Assembly: GCA_037443845.1 (NCBI GenBank)
Contig: JBBINO010000005.1
Span: forward strand, 1 to 56,550
Reading direction: 5' to 3'
From: Acidobacteriota bacterium
GTDB taxonomy: Bacteria; Acidobacteriota; UBA4820; DSQY01
DNA length: 56,550 bases
Of this stretch, positions 9,632 to 18,794 are shown piece after piece. Positions within the stretch are counted from its first letter, which is position 1. Every line of letters begins with the position of its first letter. Under the pieces are notes generated by a model that worked only from the letters and a program-made list of their open reading frames with translations, searched no databases and had not been told where the DNA came from. The translations under genes and the position numbers were made by a program.

Positions 9632-12600
9632 ATGAACGCAAGGTGGTGGAAGATTGTCGTAGTGTTTGGTTGCGCCGTGTTGTGCGCGTCAATAATTGTC
9701 GTGCCTTCGTTTGCTCAGGCTGTGAAGAAAAGGGCTTCCGGCTTGGATGACGTGGCCTTTTCAAAGGCGATCACCCAGGCGCCCACTCAGGTACAGCTTC
9801 TGGACGAAGCCAGAGCCGTAGCAGGCAGCCTTCCGGCCGCCGAGGCCTATGACAAGTTTCTCTATGATAACGGCGGCGGCCAATGGACGTTGCTCTTCGA
9901 TAGGGTCACAGGCGAGCCGGCGTTGATTGAGGGCGAGGGCATTCCCTGGATTCCGGGAACGGGGTGGCGGAATTCGGTAACCGGAAGGGATCTCGGCCTT
10001 CCAGCCGGCATCAGAGGACGGGACGTTCCACTGGCGGTGGTCGCCACCAAGGCGAGGGAATTCATCAAAGCGAATCCGGGGCTGTTCGGGACGAAGGTTG
10101 ACGAGCTGACCTTGAACCAAGCAGCCTCCGGGCCGGTCGCCGATTACCTCTACTTTCTTGAGTTCGACGTAGTACATCAAGGCGTGCCCGTCGAGAACGC
10201 GCGCGTCGTCTTTCGAATCAACCACGGCAATCTCATTCAGTTCGGGCAGGAATACATAAGCCCCGCCCTTCAAAACATCAGTGCTGCGCCGGCCATCACG
10301 CTGGACACGGCCTGGGAGATCGTCAAGTCTTTCGTTGCCGACATTCCCTCGCAAAGTGCGGACACCGTCGTCGAGCCAGGCCGCCTCTTGATAATTCCGG
10401 TTGGCACGCCACAGGCGCTTTCGGGAGCGCAGGTTGAACCGGGAACGGGGCTGGATTATCGGCTCGTATGGATCCTTTCCTTCCGCAGAGACGGCGTGCC
10501 AGGGACGTGGGAAGCGCGTGTGGACGCCCAGAGCGGCGAGATGCTCTCCTTCCGTGATTCCAACGAGTACGGCAGTATTCATGGCGGGGTCTATACGCAG
10601 GACCGGCCAGTGCCGGAAAGCGACAAGCCGATGCCCTACGCCAATTATAGCGGAACCACGACCTATGCGGACGCGGCAGGCGCGTTTCCCGGCACGAGCG
10701 GAACAACGACGCTCAACGGAAAGTACGTCACGATAGCCGATAGCTGCGGCAGCATCAGTGCCTCGACGACGACTGGTGACTTGAACCTTGGGATGAGTAC
10801 CGGAATTGACTGTGCGACGCCCGGCACCGGTGGAGCAGGCAATACGCACGCTGCTAGGACTCAATATTACAACGTCACTCTTTTGAAGATGAAAGCGTTG
10901 AACTACCTTCCGTCGAACACATGGTTGCAGGGCAAGGTGACTGATAATGTGAACGGAACCACGACGACCTGCAACGCTTACTGGAATGGCAGTTCACTGA
11001 ATTTCTTCCGCTCCGGCGGGGGCTGCTGGAATACCGGAGAGCTTCCCGGCGTCTCGCTTCACGAATTCGGCCACGGCCTCGACGCCAACGATGGAGACGG
11101 CAGCAGCCCCGATAACGGGACCGGCGAAACCTACGGGGACACTACGGCGTTGCTGCAAACCCACCTCTCTTGCCTGGGCAACGGGTTTATGGGAGTGAAC
11201 TGCACCGGGTATGGCGACACCTGCGTTGCATGCACGGGCGTTCGCGACCTAGATTACGGCAAGCACGTTCGAAACCTGCCCGCGATCTCAACGATGCTCA
11301 ACGCGACGACCGGCTTCCATTGTCAAACCAGTACCAGCTACAGAGGGCCGTGCGGTTACGAAGGCCACTGTGAATCAGCCATTTCATCGCAGGCGATTTA
11401 TGATTTGGCCGCCCGCGACCTCGTCACCTGGGGAATGGATGCCGCCACGGCCTGGCAAACGGTGGACCGGCTCTGGTATTTGAGCCGCTCCACGGCGACC
11501 GCGGCTTACGGCTGCAATACCTCGACGCTGGTAACGACTGGCTGCAACGCCGGCAACCTCTATATCGTATTCAGGGCGGTAGATGACGCCGACGGGAACC
11601 TCGCGAACGGCACGCCCCACGCCTCCGCGATTTATGCCGCGTTCAACCGCCACAATATCGCCTGCTCGACGACGGTCAATACCGATGACGGATCCTGCGG
11701 GACGATTCCAGCGCCGATCCTGAACGCCACTGCCGCGAACGGGCAGGTGCTGGTCAATTGGAGCGCCTCGGTGGGGGCCGCTTCGTACAACGTGCTGAGA
11801 AACGAGGTCGGCTGTGACGCCGGCTATACTAAAGTGGCCAACGTAGCCGTCACGACCTATACCGACTCGACGGTGGTCAATGGAGTGAACTATTCGTACC
11901 GCATCCAACCAGTTGGCAGCAACGCCAGTTGTTTCGGCGCGTTGAGCAACTGCAGCCAGGCCACCCCGCTCTCATGCACGCCGCCGAACGCCCCGTCGGG
12001 CCTCTCGGCGACCCCCAACGGGAATTACAGGATTGACTTGAGCTGGAACGCCGTTTCGGGGACAATCTCTTACAACATTTACAGGCGGACTGCCACTAGC
12101 GGTTATTCTCTGTTGACGGAAGTCTCGAGCGCATTGACGGCTTATAGCGACGTTGCCGTCAGCGGCGGGGTTACTTACTATTACGTGATTCGATCTTTTT
12201 CAACCTGCGAGTCGGTCAATTCGGCCGAAGCTTCAGCGACGGCTGCGGGTACCTGCAACCTCTCTCCAACATTCTCGGGTATAGCATCCGCCATGAACGC
12301 GCTTGCCAGCAACTGCGGGAACGTGCTAACATGGGCCGCAGGTACTTCAAATTGCGGCGGAACGCTCACCTACGGCGTTTACCGTTCGACGGTTTCAGGT
12401 TTCAATCCGTCGCCCGCAAATTCGATTGTTCAAGGCCTGTCTGGCTTGACCTACACCGATACGGGCGTAATTTTCGGAACGACATATTACTACGCCGTAA
12501 GGGCGTTCGATTCAATCAGCGGCATCGGTGACGCCAATGCGGTGACGCTGGGCGCCTCTCCTACCGGGCCTGCAACTACGATCTACCAACAGACGTTTGA

Positions 12601-15076
12601 GTCGAGCAGTGACTGGGTCGCCACAAAGGGAACTCCAGCCGCGACGACTGGAGATTTCATCCGCGGCCAACCCAACGCCACGGTTGGGAACCTCGGAGAG
12701 CCCTGCCAGCCTGGAAGCGGGCATAACAGCCCCAATTGCCTATACACCGCGGCCAACCCAGACCCGAGTCAAGCCGGTGTTGACGACGTGGACGGCGGCG
12801 AAGTGATCGCCACGTCGCCAGCCTTCAACGGCACCGGTTTCCCCAACGTCCGATTGGACATGTGGCGCTGGTTTGTCAACGAATACACCGATGACGCCGG
12901 TGACTACTACAAGCTCGAAGCTTCCAACGACGGAGGTTCCACCTGGACGCTGATAGATGAGATTCCCGATTCCGTCTCCATCAAGAATGGAGCGGCGATC
13001 AACCAGTGGAACAATTCCGTCATCAACCTGGAAGGTTTTCTCGCTTTGACCAGCAACATGAAGGTTCGCGTCCGAGTGGCCGATGGAACGGCGACGGGTG
13101 GCCTGATTGAATGCGCTCTTGACGACATCTACGTGAAGGGCTATCCGGCTTGCACCGGCTGTACGCCTACCGCCGCGCCGGGTGCACCAAGTCTAACGGC
13201 GCCATCAGCGAACAAGGTTGACCTATCATGGAGCGCCGTTTCCGGCGCCGCGACCTACGCTGTTTTTCGCACCTTCGGATCCTGTCCAGGCACCGGTTTG
13301 GTGCTGATAGCTGGTAACATTGCGGGAACGAACTATAGCGACACTTCGGTTTCCGGCGGGCAAACGTATTCCTATTACTTGAAGGCTTACACCTCCAACT
13401 ACTGCGAATCCAGCTTTTCTCCATGCGCACAGATAGCCACGACGGGGCTTTGCACCCAGCCTCCCGATTTCGCCGGCGTGACGTCGGTTTCAAGCGCGTT
13501 TGCATCCACTTGCGGGATAGCCCTCTCCTGGACCGCCGCCACTCCGCGTTGCGGGACATCGGTGACCTACAACGTCTACCGGTCTTCATCGGCGTCATTC
13601 CTTCCCGGGCCCAAGACGCTCATCGCAAAGTGCGTGAGCGGCACCAGTTATACCGACAGCGCGGGACTGGCATACGGCGTTTCCTACTACTACGTTGTCA
13701 GGGCCGAAGACAATTCCGGAACGGGGAGCGGCCCCTGCGGTGGCAATGAAGATGCCAACCTGGTGATCAAGAGCAGTGGCCCGAGCGGAGCCTATCAGAC
13801 TGGAGGCCAGATATTCTTCGACAACTTTGAGTCGGGAACGGGGACGAGAGGATGGGACACGGGCTACTTTGTAGGGAACGCGAATGATTGGCGCGGCGTA
13901 ATGGCCTGCACCCCGAACCAATCGTCGTCTCACATTTTTCGCTGGGGCGGGAGTACGTGCGTCGGGAACTACCAGGCGAGCGTCGCCTCTTTGGCCAGCC
14001 CCAGGCCAAACATATACGGGTTGGACATCCCCTTTGACGCAACGAACGTGCAGTTGACTTTCTACCAGCGAGGGAACTTTGCAGCCGGCGATGGCGCTCT
14101 CCTTCTCATGCAGAAACAGCCCACGGCCACCTACTACTTCATCCCCTCCTCGGCGATTTCCGGCCGGACGTACAACGGAATTACAGGCACCAATAATGTC
14201 TTGGGCGCCAACTATCCTTGCTGGAACGGAAATTTCAATTCGCAGATGTATTCAACGACGGTCAACCTGGACGCCGCGTGTTCCAACGTGGACGGCAAGC
14301 CGTGCGCCGGGAGCACGCTCGCCATAGCCTTTACGGGCAGCTCTGATGCGACGACACAGGCCGCGGGCTGGTTCCTCGACGACGTGCAAGTAACAGCAAA
14401 TTACGGCGCCACTTCGTGCGCCACCTCCGGGTGTGCAATGGTTGCCGACGTAACACCGAACTCGGCTTCCGCGGCCGTCGGCCAGGACGTCTTGTTATCC
14501 ATCCAGCATACGGCAGGCGTTTCGCCGTATCATTACCAGTGGACGGAGGATGGCGTGGACATCGCGGGGGCTGTTGGCGCCTACTTGCCAGTCAACAAGG
14601 CGCTGGCCGGGAGCCACACCTACAATTGCAAAGTGACAGATTCCAGCGGACTTTGCGCCAATGTTACGGACGCGCAGGCTACCACGGTTACTTGGAGTGC
14701 CGCCGCGCCAACTCCTTTGCCGGTCCCTTACAGTGTGACGCCGACGAAGATCACGAAGGACGCCAGCAGCAACTTGACGTGGGATGCGACGGACTGCGCA
14801 TCGACGAACTACCACGTCATTTACGGCTGGGGCAGCACGATGGGCAGCTCGCCGGTGGTGGTTGGCGGGCAGTGCGCGCTTGGAACCACGGGCACCGCGA
14901 CGTGGACGCCGCCCGATCCGTCCAACGACTCCTCGCATTACCTCTGGTTCTTCGTCGTCGGCGACGACGGCGCAACCACGGAGGGCCCGTGGGGTTTGAC
15001 GACGGAGGGCACGACGCCGAGCGGCGTTTGCGGCATGACCACCAAGAACAACACGGGAACGTGCGGCACGCCGTAG
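9632..15076 (+). CDS. Giant secreted zinc metallopeptidase (M4/M36-like, FTP/PepSY-like propeptide) with FN3 and jelly-roll repeats and the conserved C-terminal module
   Basis: Signal peptide; propeptide motifs (HQGVPVENARV, WEARVDAQSGE); CNAYWNG; LHEFGHG followed by GETYGD (HExxH...E); FN3 motifs (LSWNAVSG..YNIYR..YYYVIR); C-terminus shared with gene 3..2984. Confidence 0.85.
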   Translation: MNARWWKIVVVFGCAVLCASIIVVPSFAQAVKKRASGLDDVAFSKAITQAPTQVQLLDEARAVAGSLPAAEAYDKFLYDNGGGQWTLLFDRVTGEPALIEGEGIPWIPGTGWRNSVTGRDLGLPAGIRGRDVPLAVVATKAREFIKANPGLFGTKVDELTLNQAASGPVADYLYFLEFDVVHQGVPVENARVVFRINHGNLIQFGQEYISPALQNISAAPAITLDTAWEIVKSFVADIPSQSADTVVEPGRLLIIPVGTPQALSGAQVEPGTGLDYRLVWILSFRRDGVPGTWEARVDAQSGEMLSFRDSNEYGSIHGGVYTQDRPVPESDKPMPYANYSGTTTYADAAGAFPGTSGTTTLNGKYVTIADSCGSISASTTTGDLNLGMSTGIDCATPGTGGAGNTHAARTQYYNVTLLKMKALNYLPSNTWLQGKVTDNVNGTTTTCNAYWNGSSLNFFRSGGGCWNTGELPGVSLHEFGHGLDANDGDGSSPDNGTGETYGDTTALLQTHLSCLGNGFMGVNCTGYGDTCVACTGVRDLDYGKHVRNLPAISTMLNATTGFHCQTSTSYRGPCGYEGHCESAISSQAIYDLAARDLVTWGMDAATAWQTVDRLWYLSRSTATAAYGCNTSTLVTTGCNAGNLYIVFRAVDDADGNLANGTPHASAIYAAFNRHNIACSTTVNTDDGSCGTIPAPILNATAANGQVLVNWSASVGAASYNVLRNEVGCDAGYTKVANVAVTTYTDSTVVNGVNYSYRIQPVGSNASCFGALSNCSQATPLSCTPPNAPSGLSATPNGNYRIDLSWNAVSGTISYNIYRRTATSGYSLLTEVSSALTAYSDVAVSGGVTYYYVIRSFSTCESVNSAEASATAAGTCNLSPTFSGIASAMNALASNCGNVLTWAAGTSNCGGTLTYGVYRSTVSGFNPSPANSIVQGLSGLTYTDTGVIFGTTYYYAVRAFDSISGIGDANAVTLGASPTGPATTIYQQTFESSSDWVATKGTPAATTGDFIRGQPNATVGNLGEPCQPGSGHNSPNCLYTAANPDPSQAGVDDVDGGEVIATSPAFNGTGFPNVRLDMWRWFVNEYTDDAGDYYKLEASNDGGSTWTLIDEIPDSVSIKNGAAINQWNNSVINLEGFLALTSNMKVRVRVADGTATGGLIECALDDIYVKGYPACTGCTPTAAPGAPSLTAPSANKVDLSWSAVSGAATYAVFRTFGSCPGTGLVLIAGNIAGTNYSDTSVSGGQTYSYYLKAYTSNYCESSFSPCAQIATTGLCTQPPDFAGVTSVSSAFASTCGIALSWTAATPRCGTSVTYNVYRSSSASFLPGPKTLIAKCVSGTSYTDSAGLAYGVSYYYVVRAEDNSGTGSGPCGGNEDANLVIKSSGPSGAYQTGGQIFFDNFESGTGTRGWDTGYFVGNANDWRGVMACTPNQSSSHIFRWGGSTCVGNYQASVASLASPRPNIYGLDIPFDATNVQLTFYQRGNFAAGDGALLLMQKQPTATYYFIPSSAISGRTYNGITGTNNVLGANYPCWNGNFNSQMYSTTVNLDAACSNVDGKPCAGSTLAIAFTGSSDATTQAAGWFLDDVQVTANYGATSCATSGCAMVADVTPNSASAAVGQDVLLSIQHTAGVSPYHYQWTEDGVDIAGAVGAYLPVNKALAGSHTYNCKVTDSSGLCANVTDAQATTVTWSAAAPTPLPVPYSVTPTKITKDASSNLTWDATDCASTNYHVIYGWGSTMGSSPVVVGGQCALGTTGTATWTPPDPSNDSSHYLWFFVVGDDGATTEGPWGLTTEGTTPSGVCGMTTKNNTGTCGTP

Positions 15077-15129
15077 CCTATTGAAGCCTTAGATTCAGGC
15101 GGGCGGGGAGAAATCCCCGCCCGTTTTTT
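14714..15129 (+). repeat. Copy 2 of the C-terminal module plus terminator repeat
   Basis: Matches 2622..3035 and includes a 116-nt perfectly identical tract. Confidence 0.95.
15100..15129 (+). terminator. Rho-independent terminator
   Basis: cgggcgggga-gaaa-tccccgcccg followed by tttttt. Confidence 0.9.
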
Positions 15130-15147
15130 GTGGCGAAATTTGCAGGA

Positions 15148-15175
15148 GCAAGGGCCGGCGCAAGCCGGCCCTTGC
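15148..15175 (-). terminator. Hairpin just after the stop of the convergent asparaginase-like gene
   Basis: gcaagggccggc-gcaa-gccggcccttgc, a perfect 12-bp stem with a weak U-tract. Confidence 0.5.
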
Positions 15176-15187
15176 CGTCAGGTGGCG

Positions 15188-16819
15188 CTAGGCGCCTTTG
15201 AGAGCGCGGATCACTTCGCCCAGCGCATCGTTGAACGGGCGGCCGGCGAAGGGGTCCTGAGGGAGAATCCTGAGCGGGCGGTCCTTGATGCCGAGCACCC
15301 TGCGGAAGGTGTCGAGGCCGTGGGCCCTCCGCATCGAAACGCCGGAAAGAAAGGCGGCTACGTAGAGCCTCCAGCGGTCCACCCCCGCCTGCGCAGCGGC
15401 CGCCTCAACCTCCTGGCAGTGGCCGAGGAGGTAGCTCAGCTTCACTTGCGCGTCGGCGAGCGGCAGGTCGCCGCACGGAAAGCCGCCCGCTTCGAGAAGG
15501 CTCAGGCCCGTCTCGTACTCCACGTCGTAGGGCTCCAGCGGCACTTGCGAGGTGATGGCGACCAGCTTTCCTTGGGCCACCGCCTCCTTCAGCGCCGGCA
15601 GAACCGAGCGGCTCGAATCCTCCCTCACGTTGGCGTTGCCTCCGCCGTACCCGGCGAAGATCGCCCCTTTGCCGCACGCCGCGAACTGGGAGGCGTACTG
15701 CTCGGTGGTGAAAAGAGGGTTGGAGAAAACCGGCCTGACCGTCAGATCGAAAGCCGTGTCGGCGCGCGCCACGCCGATCGCGGAGATCGCCTCTGCGATT
15801 TCCGCCCACTCCTCGTAGGAAACGTTCGAGGAGTCGAGCGAGAAGAGGTCGTGGCGGTGGGCGTTTGAAAAGAGGCCCGAGAGGGGATCGTTGAGGTACT
15901 TCCAGACGAAATCGCCCGTCGGCTTCAGCGCCCCGAGGTCGGTCGAATCCCTCGCCGACTCGATCGTCCCGCCCGTCCGAATCAGGTGGAGGTCCCTCAG
16001 CTTCTGGTCCTCGTAGGGGATCAGAACCCAGTCGGAGCGCATGGCCATGATCCCGTCTACGCCGGCGCTGGCGGCCACTTTCCCGTCGAAGGCGTCGGCG
16101 TCCCACTTCCGGTACTTGGTCAGCCTCCCCGAGAAGACGTTCTTCCCGTTGTTGAAAACGGCGAAAAGCCGCGCCGGCCTCAGACGGTTCAAGAGGTAAA
16201 CGGCGGTCTTCAGGTTGCCCAATGCGTCAGAGCCCGAGAAGTATCCTTCAAGCGGGACCTGTGAGCCGGTTACGGCCACGTTGGCGGTGAGGTTCTTCAA
16301 GGCGTAGCGAAGGTAGGCGAGCCCCCAGGCCATCGTATCGGTTCCGTGGGTCACCAGGATGGCGGTGGTGTTGCGGACCCGCCCGTACTTGTGAAGCCCC
16401 GAGGAGACGAGCGCCGCCAGAGGCGCGTAGTTGCCGTGTGCCCCCATCTCCTCGCGGAAGAGGAATCCTTCGGGATCAACCTCGAGCCGCTTCATGTCCT
16501 CACCGACCGTTTCCGAGAGGAAGGCGTCGCGGAGCGCCCTGGCATCGCAGGAGCCGGAAATAAGGATGACGGGCGTCTTGGGAAGGTGGCGCCTCACGTA
16601 AAAAAGCAGGGAGACCCCTTCCCGGCCGCCCTGGGTGAACTCTATCGCCACGACGGCGGCGTCGGGCTTGAATGAGTCGAGGGCCGCCTGGGCCTCTTCG
16701 GGGGCGCGGGCGAACCGGAGATGCCAGTCGGGATGGGCCGAGAGGAAATAGGTTTCGACCTCTTTTGCGTAGCCGTCACATTCCGGGTCGGCAACCAGTA
16801 TCTTGAACCGCCTCTGCAT
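15188..16819 (-). CDS. Pseudo-receiver (REC-like) domain fused to an asparaginase/glutaminase-fold protein with permuted motif order
   Basis: REC-like KILVAD...KPDAAVVAIEF...TPVILISG. Asparaginase motifs HGTDT (aa158), TGSQVP, TGGTI (aa282), LDSSN, GYGGGN and ITSQVP. Confidence 0.85.
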   Translation of the reverse strand: MQRRFKILVADPECDGYAKEVETYFLSAHPDWHLRFARAPEEAQAALDSFKPDAAVVAIEFTQGGREGVSLLFYVRRHLPKTPVILISGSCDARALRDAFLSETVGEDMKRLEVDPEGFLFREEMGAHGNYAPLAALVSSGLHKYGRVRNTTAILVTHGTDTMAWGLAYLRYALKNLTANVAVTGSQVPLEGYFSGSDALGNLKTAVYLLNRLRPARLFAVFNNGKNVFSGRLTKYRKWDADAFDGKVAASAGVDGIMAMRSDWVLIPYEDQKLRDLHLIRTGGTIESARDSTDLGALKPTGDFVWKYLNDPLSGLFSNAHRHDLFSLDSSNVSYEEWAEIAEAISAIGVARADTAFDLTVRPVFSNPLFTTEQYASQFAACGKGAIFAGYGGGNANVREDSSRSVLPALKEAVAQGKLVAITSQVPLEPYDVEYETGLSLLEAGGFPCGDLPLADAQVKLSYLLGHCQEVEAAAAQAGVDRWRLYVAAFLSGVSMRRAHGLDTFRRVLGIKDRPLRILPQDPFAGRPFNDALGEVIRALKGA

Positions 16820-16944
16820 GGCAGGCCTCCGGGCAATACGTCACGTCAAGCAAGCGTTTGATGGCGGCGCGCAACGGCGCTCCCATCAGCGGTTCTGCTT
16901 GAGCAATGGTGGCTGGCGCGGGCTTGGCGCCCGCGGATAACCTC

Positions 16945-17325
16945 TCAGTTGTCCTGCGGCATCATGGCCCACAGCACGTTGGCCAGTTCCTCGATCCTGG
17001 CGAGGTCCTTCGCGCGTCCTTTGCGCGCCTTGATCTTGAGCGCCCTGACCGCTTCAAGCATCCGCGCCTCTATCTTCGCCGGAGGCAGCGGGCTTCCTGA
17101 GCCATCGAGCCCTGCCAGCACTTCGCAGAGCCCAGCCAATTGTCCGTCCACGCGGCTTCTATATATTTCGAGCATGTCCTTGAGGACGGGCCTTAATCCT
17201 TGAATCTCGGCCGCAAGTTCAGCCGCGAGCAGCGCGCGCTTCGAGAGAGCCTCGCCCCTCCCGCCGCCCGCCTTCGGCCCAGTCTTCTCCTTCTCGTCCT
17301 TCGAGACGGTATCTTCTGCTTCCAC
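16945..17325 (-). CDS. Small helical hypothetical protein
   Basis: 126-aa ORF with GTG start after AAGGAG, co-oriented downstream of the ppx/kinase operon. Confidence 0.6.
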   Translation of the reverse strand: MEAEDTVSKDEKEKTGPKAGGGRGEALSKRALLAAELAAEIQGLRPVLKDMLEIYRSRVDGQLAGLCEVLAGLDGSGSPLPPAKIEARMLEAVRALKIKARKGRAKDLARIEELANVLWAMMPQDN

Positions 17326-17418
17326 CGAAACTCTCCTTAAACATCAGCCATCAATTACAGCCGGCGGTCATTCTAATCCGAGCCCTCCGCCTTGGCCCTC
17401 TTCCATTGCTCGCCGGGG

Positions 17419-18120
17419 TCACCCGCCGATCGTTTTTCCCAGCACCCGCTCGACGCGCAGCCGCAGGTCGGCGTCAACCGCCCTGACGGTCCGGTTGGCG
17501 TTGACCGTTTCAAAGCCGTACTTCTTTTGCATCCTGGCGTACTCCATGCGCATCTTCCGCTGGTACTTCATGAAGCTGTCGAACCAGTCGGTCCCGAGGT
17601 TCGTGTCCATTCCCGATTCCCAGTAGTCGAGCTGGCCGTGCGCCTGGAAGGTCCTCTCGACGAGCGTCCGCGCCGACACCATGAAGTAAAGCACGGCATC
17701 GGGTACGAGCGCCATGGAGTAAACGGACTCGACCCACTCGGGGTCCGAGCCACGAACGATGTCGCGTCCCATCAGAGTGTAGATGTACCTGTCGGCGATG
17801 ACGACGTAACCGGCGCGCAACGCCGGCACCATCACGTTTTCCATCTGGTCGTAGAAATCGGTGGCGTAAAAGAGGGAGAGCGTTCGGGGGCTTAAAACGT
17901 TCCCCTGCTTGGCCTTTTCAAGCTCCGCTCCGACGAGCGCGCTTCTCTTGAGCCCGACCTGGGCGACGGCATAGCCCTTCTGTTCGAGCCACTGGGCCAA
18001 AAGCTCGACGTGGGTGCTGCGGCCAGAGGCGTCCGGCCCCTCTATGACCACGAGCGTTCCCGTAAGCTTCGACAGGTCAACACCCGGCGGTGGCAGGCGG
18101 TAGCATCGCTTCGGGCTCAT
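17419..18120 (-). CDS. Thymidylate-kinase-like protein B (degenerate P-loop; putative regulatory subunit of a PPK3-like heteromer)
   Basis: EGPDASGRST (Walker A Lys replaced by Arg), IADRYIYT; overlaps the partner gene by 4 nt. Confidence 0.8.
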   Translation of the reverse strand: MSPKRCYRLPPPGVDLSKLTGTLVVIEGPDASGRSTHVELLAQWLEQKGYAVAQVGLKRSALVGAELEKAKQGNVLSPRTLSLFYATDFYDQMENVMVPALRAGYVVIADRYIYTLMGRDIVRGSDPEWVESVYSMALVPDAVLYFMVSARTLVERTFQAHGQLDYWESGMDTNLGTDWFDSFMKYQRKMRMEYARMQKKYGFETVNANRTVRAVDADLRLRVERVLGKTIGG

Positions 18121-18794
18121 AGCGCTATCCTCTTTCTGTAAACCGCGAGGTCCACGCGCTGCGAGATGATTTCTCGCGCCCTTTCCTGCAGCGCGTGAAT
18201 CGGCTTGGTGGCGTCCATTACGGTGAAATTGAACTCCTTGGCCATGTTTTTGTAGCTTTCAAGGACGCGTCCCTGGAATATGCGGAAGCTCTCTAAGATA
18301 TCCTGGGACAGGCCGAGGTCCATCCCGGCCTCGAAGTACTTCAGCCGAGGCCGCCCTTCAAGTATCCGGCCGAGCGCCGTCTCCAAAGGCAGGTCGTAGT
18401 AGAAGGTAATGTCGGGCTGCATGGCGAAGCCATAGAGCTGTCTCAGCCAGCTTGGGTCGCAGCCCCTCACCGAATCCCTGGCGAACGAGGTGAAGATGTA
18501 TCGGTCGCAGAAGACGATGTAGCCGGCCTTCAGCATCGGCAGAATCTGCCTCTCGTACCTGTCGGCGAAATCGGTGGCGTGGATCAGGCTGAAGGTCGTG
18601 GGGGTGAGAAGCTGTCTCTTCTTGCCTTTGCGCGTTGCCTCCTTAACGAGATCGCTCGAATTCCACTGAGTAAAAAAGACGCGGTAGCCCAGCCCGGAGA
18701 GCCATTGGTGCATCAAGTGGACCTGGGTGGACTTGCCGGAGCCGTCAAGCCCCTCCACCGCGACCAGTTTGCCAGGAAGCCCGTCGCCGCTCAT
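18117..18794 (-). CDS. Thymidylate-kinase-like protein A (intact P-loop; putative catalytic subunit of a PPK3-like heteromer)
   Basis: EGLDGSGKST, FCDRYIFTS, YFEAGMDLG; ATG 18794 overlaps the ppx stop (ATGA). Confidence 0.85.
   Translation of the reverse strand: MSGDGLPGKLVAVEGLDGSGKSTQVHLMHQWLSGLGYRVFFTQWNSSDLVKEATRKGKKRQLLTPTTFSLIHATDFADRYERQILPMLKAGYIVFCDRYIFTSFARDSVRGCDPSWLRQLYGFAMQPDITFYYDLPLETALGRILEGRPRLKYFEAGMDLGLSQDILESFRIFQGRVLESYKNMAKEFNFTVMDATKPIHALQERAREIISQRVDLAVYRKRIAL

Noticed and set aside
2622-15076. Diversity-generating retroelement (TR/VR pair) as the explanation for the C-terminal repeat
   Set aside because: Mismatches are mostly synonymous third-position changes with no adenine bias. 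Both copies are coding ends, and no reverse transcriptase is present in the window.
17419-18794. Annotating the kinase pair as canonical tmk
   Set aside because: The tandem arrangement, coupling to ppx and the degenerate P-loop in one copy argue against a housekeeping dTMP kinase.
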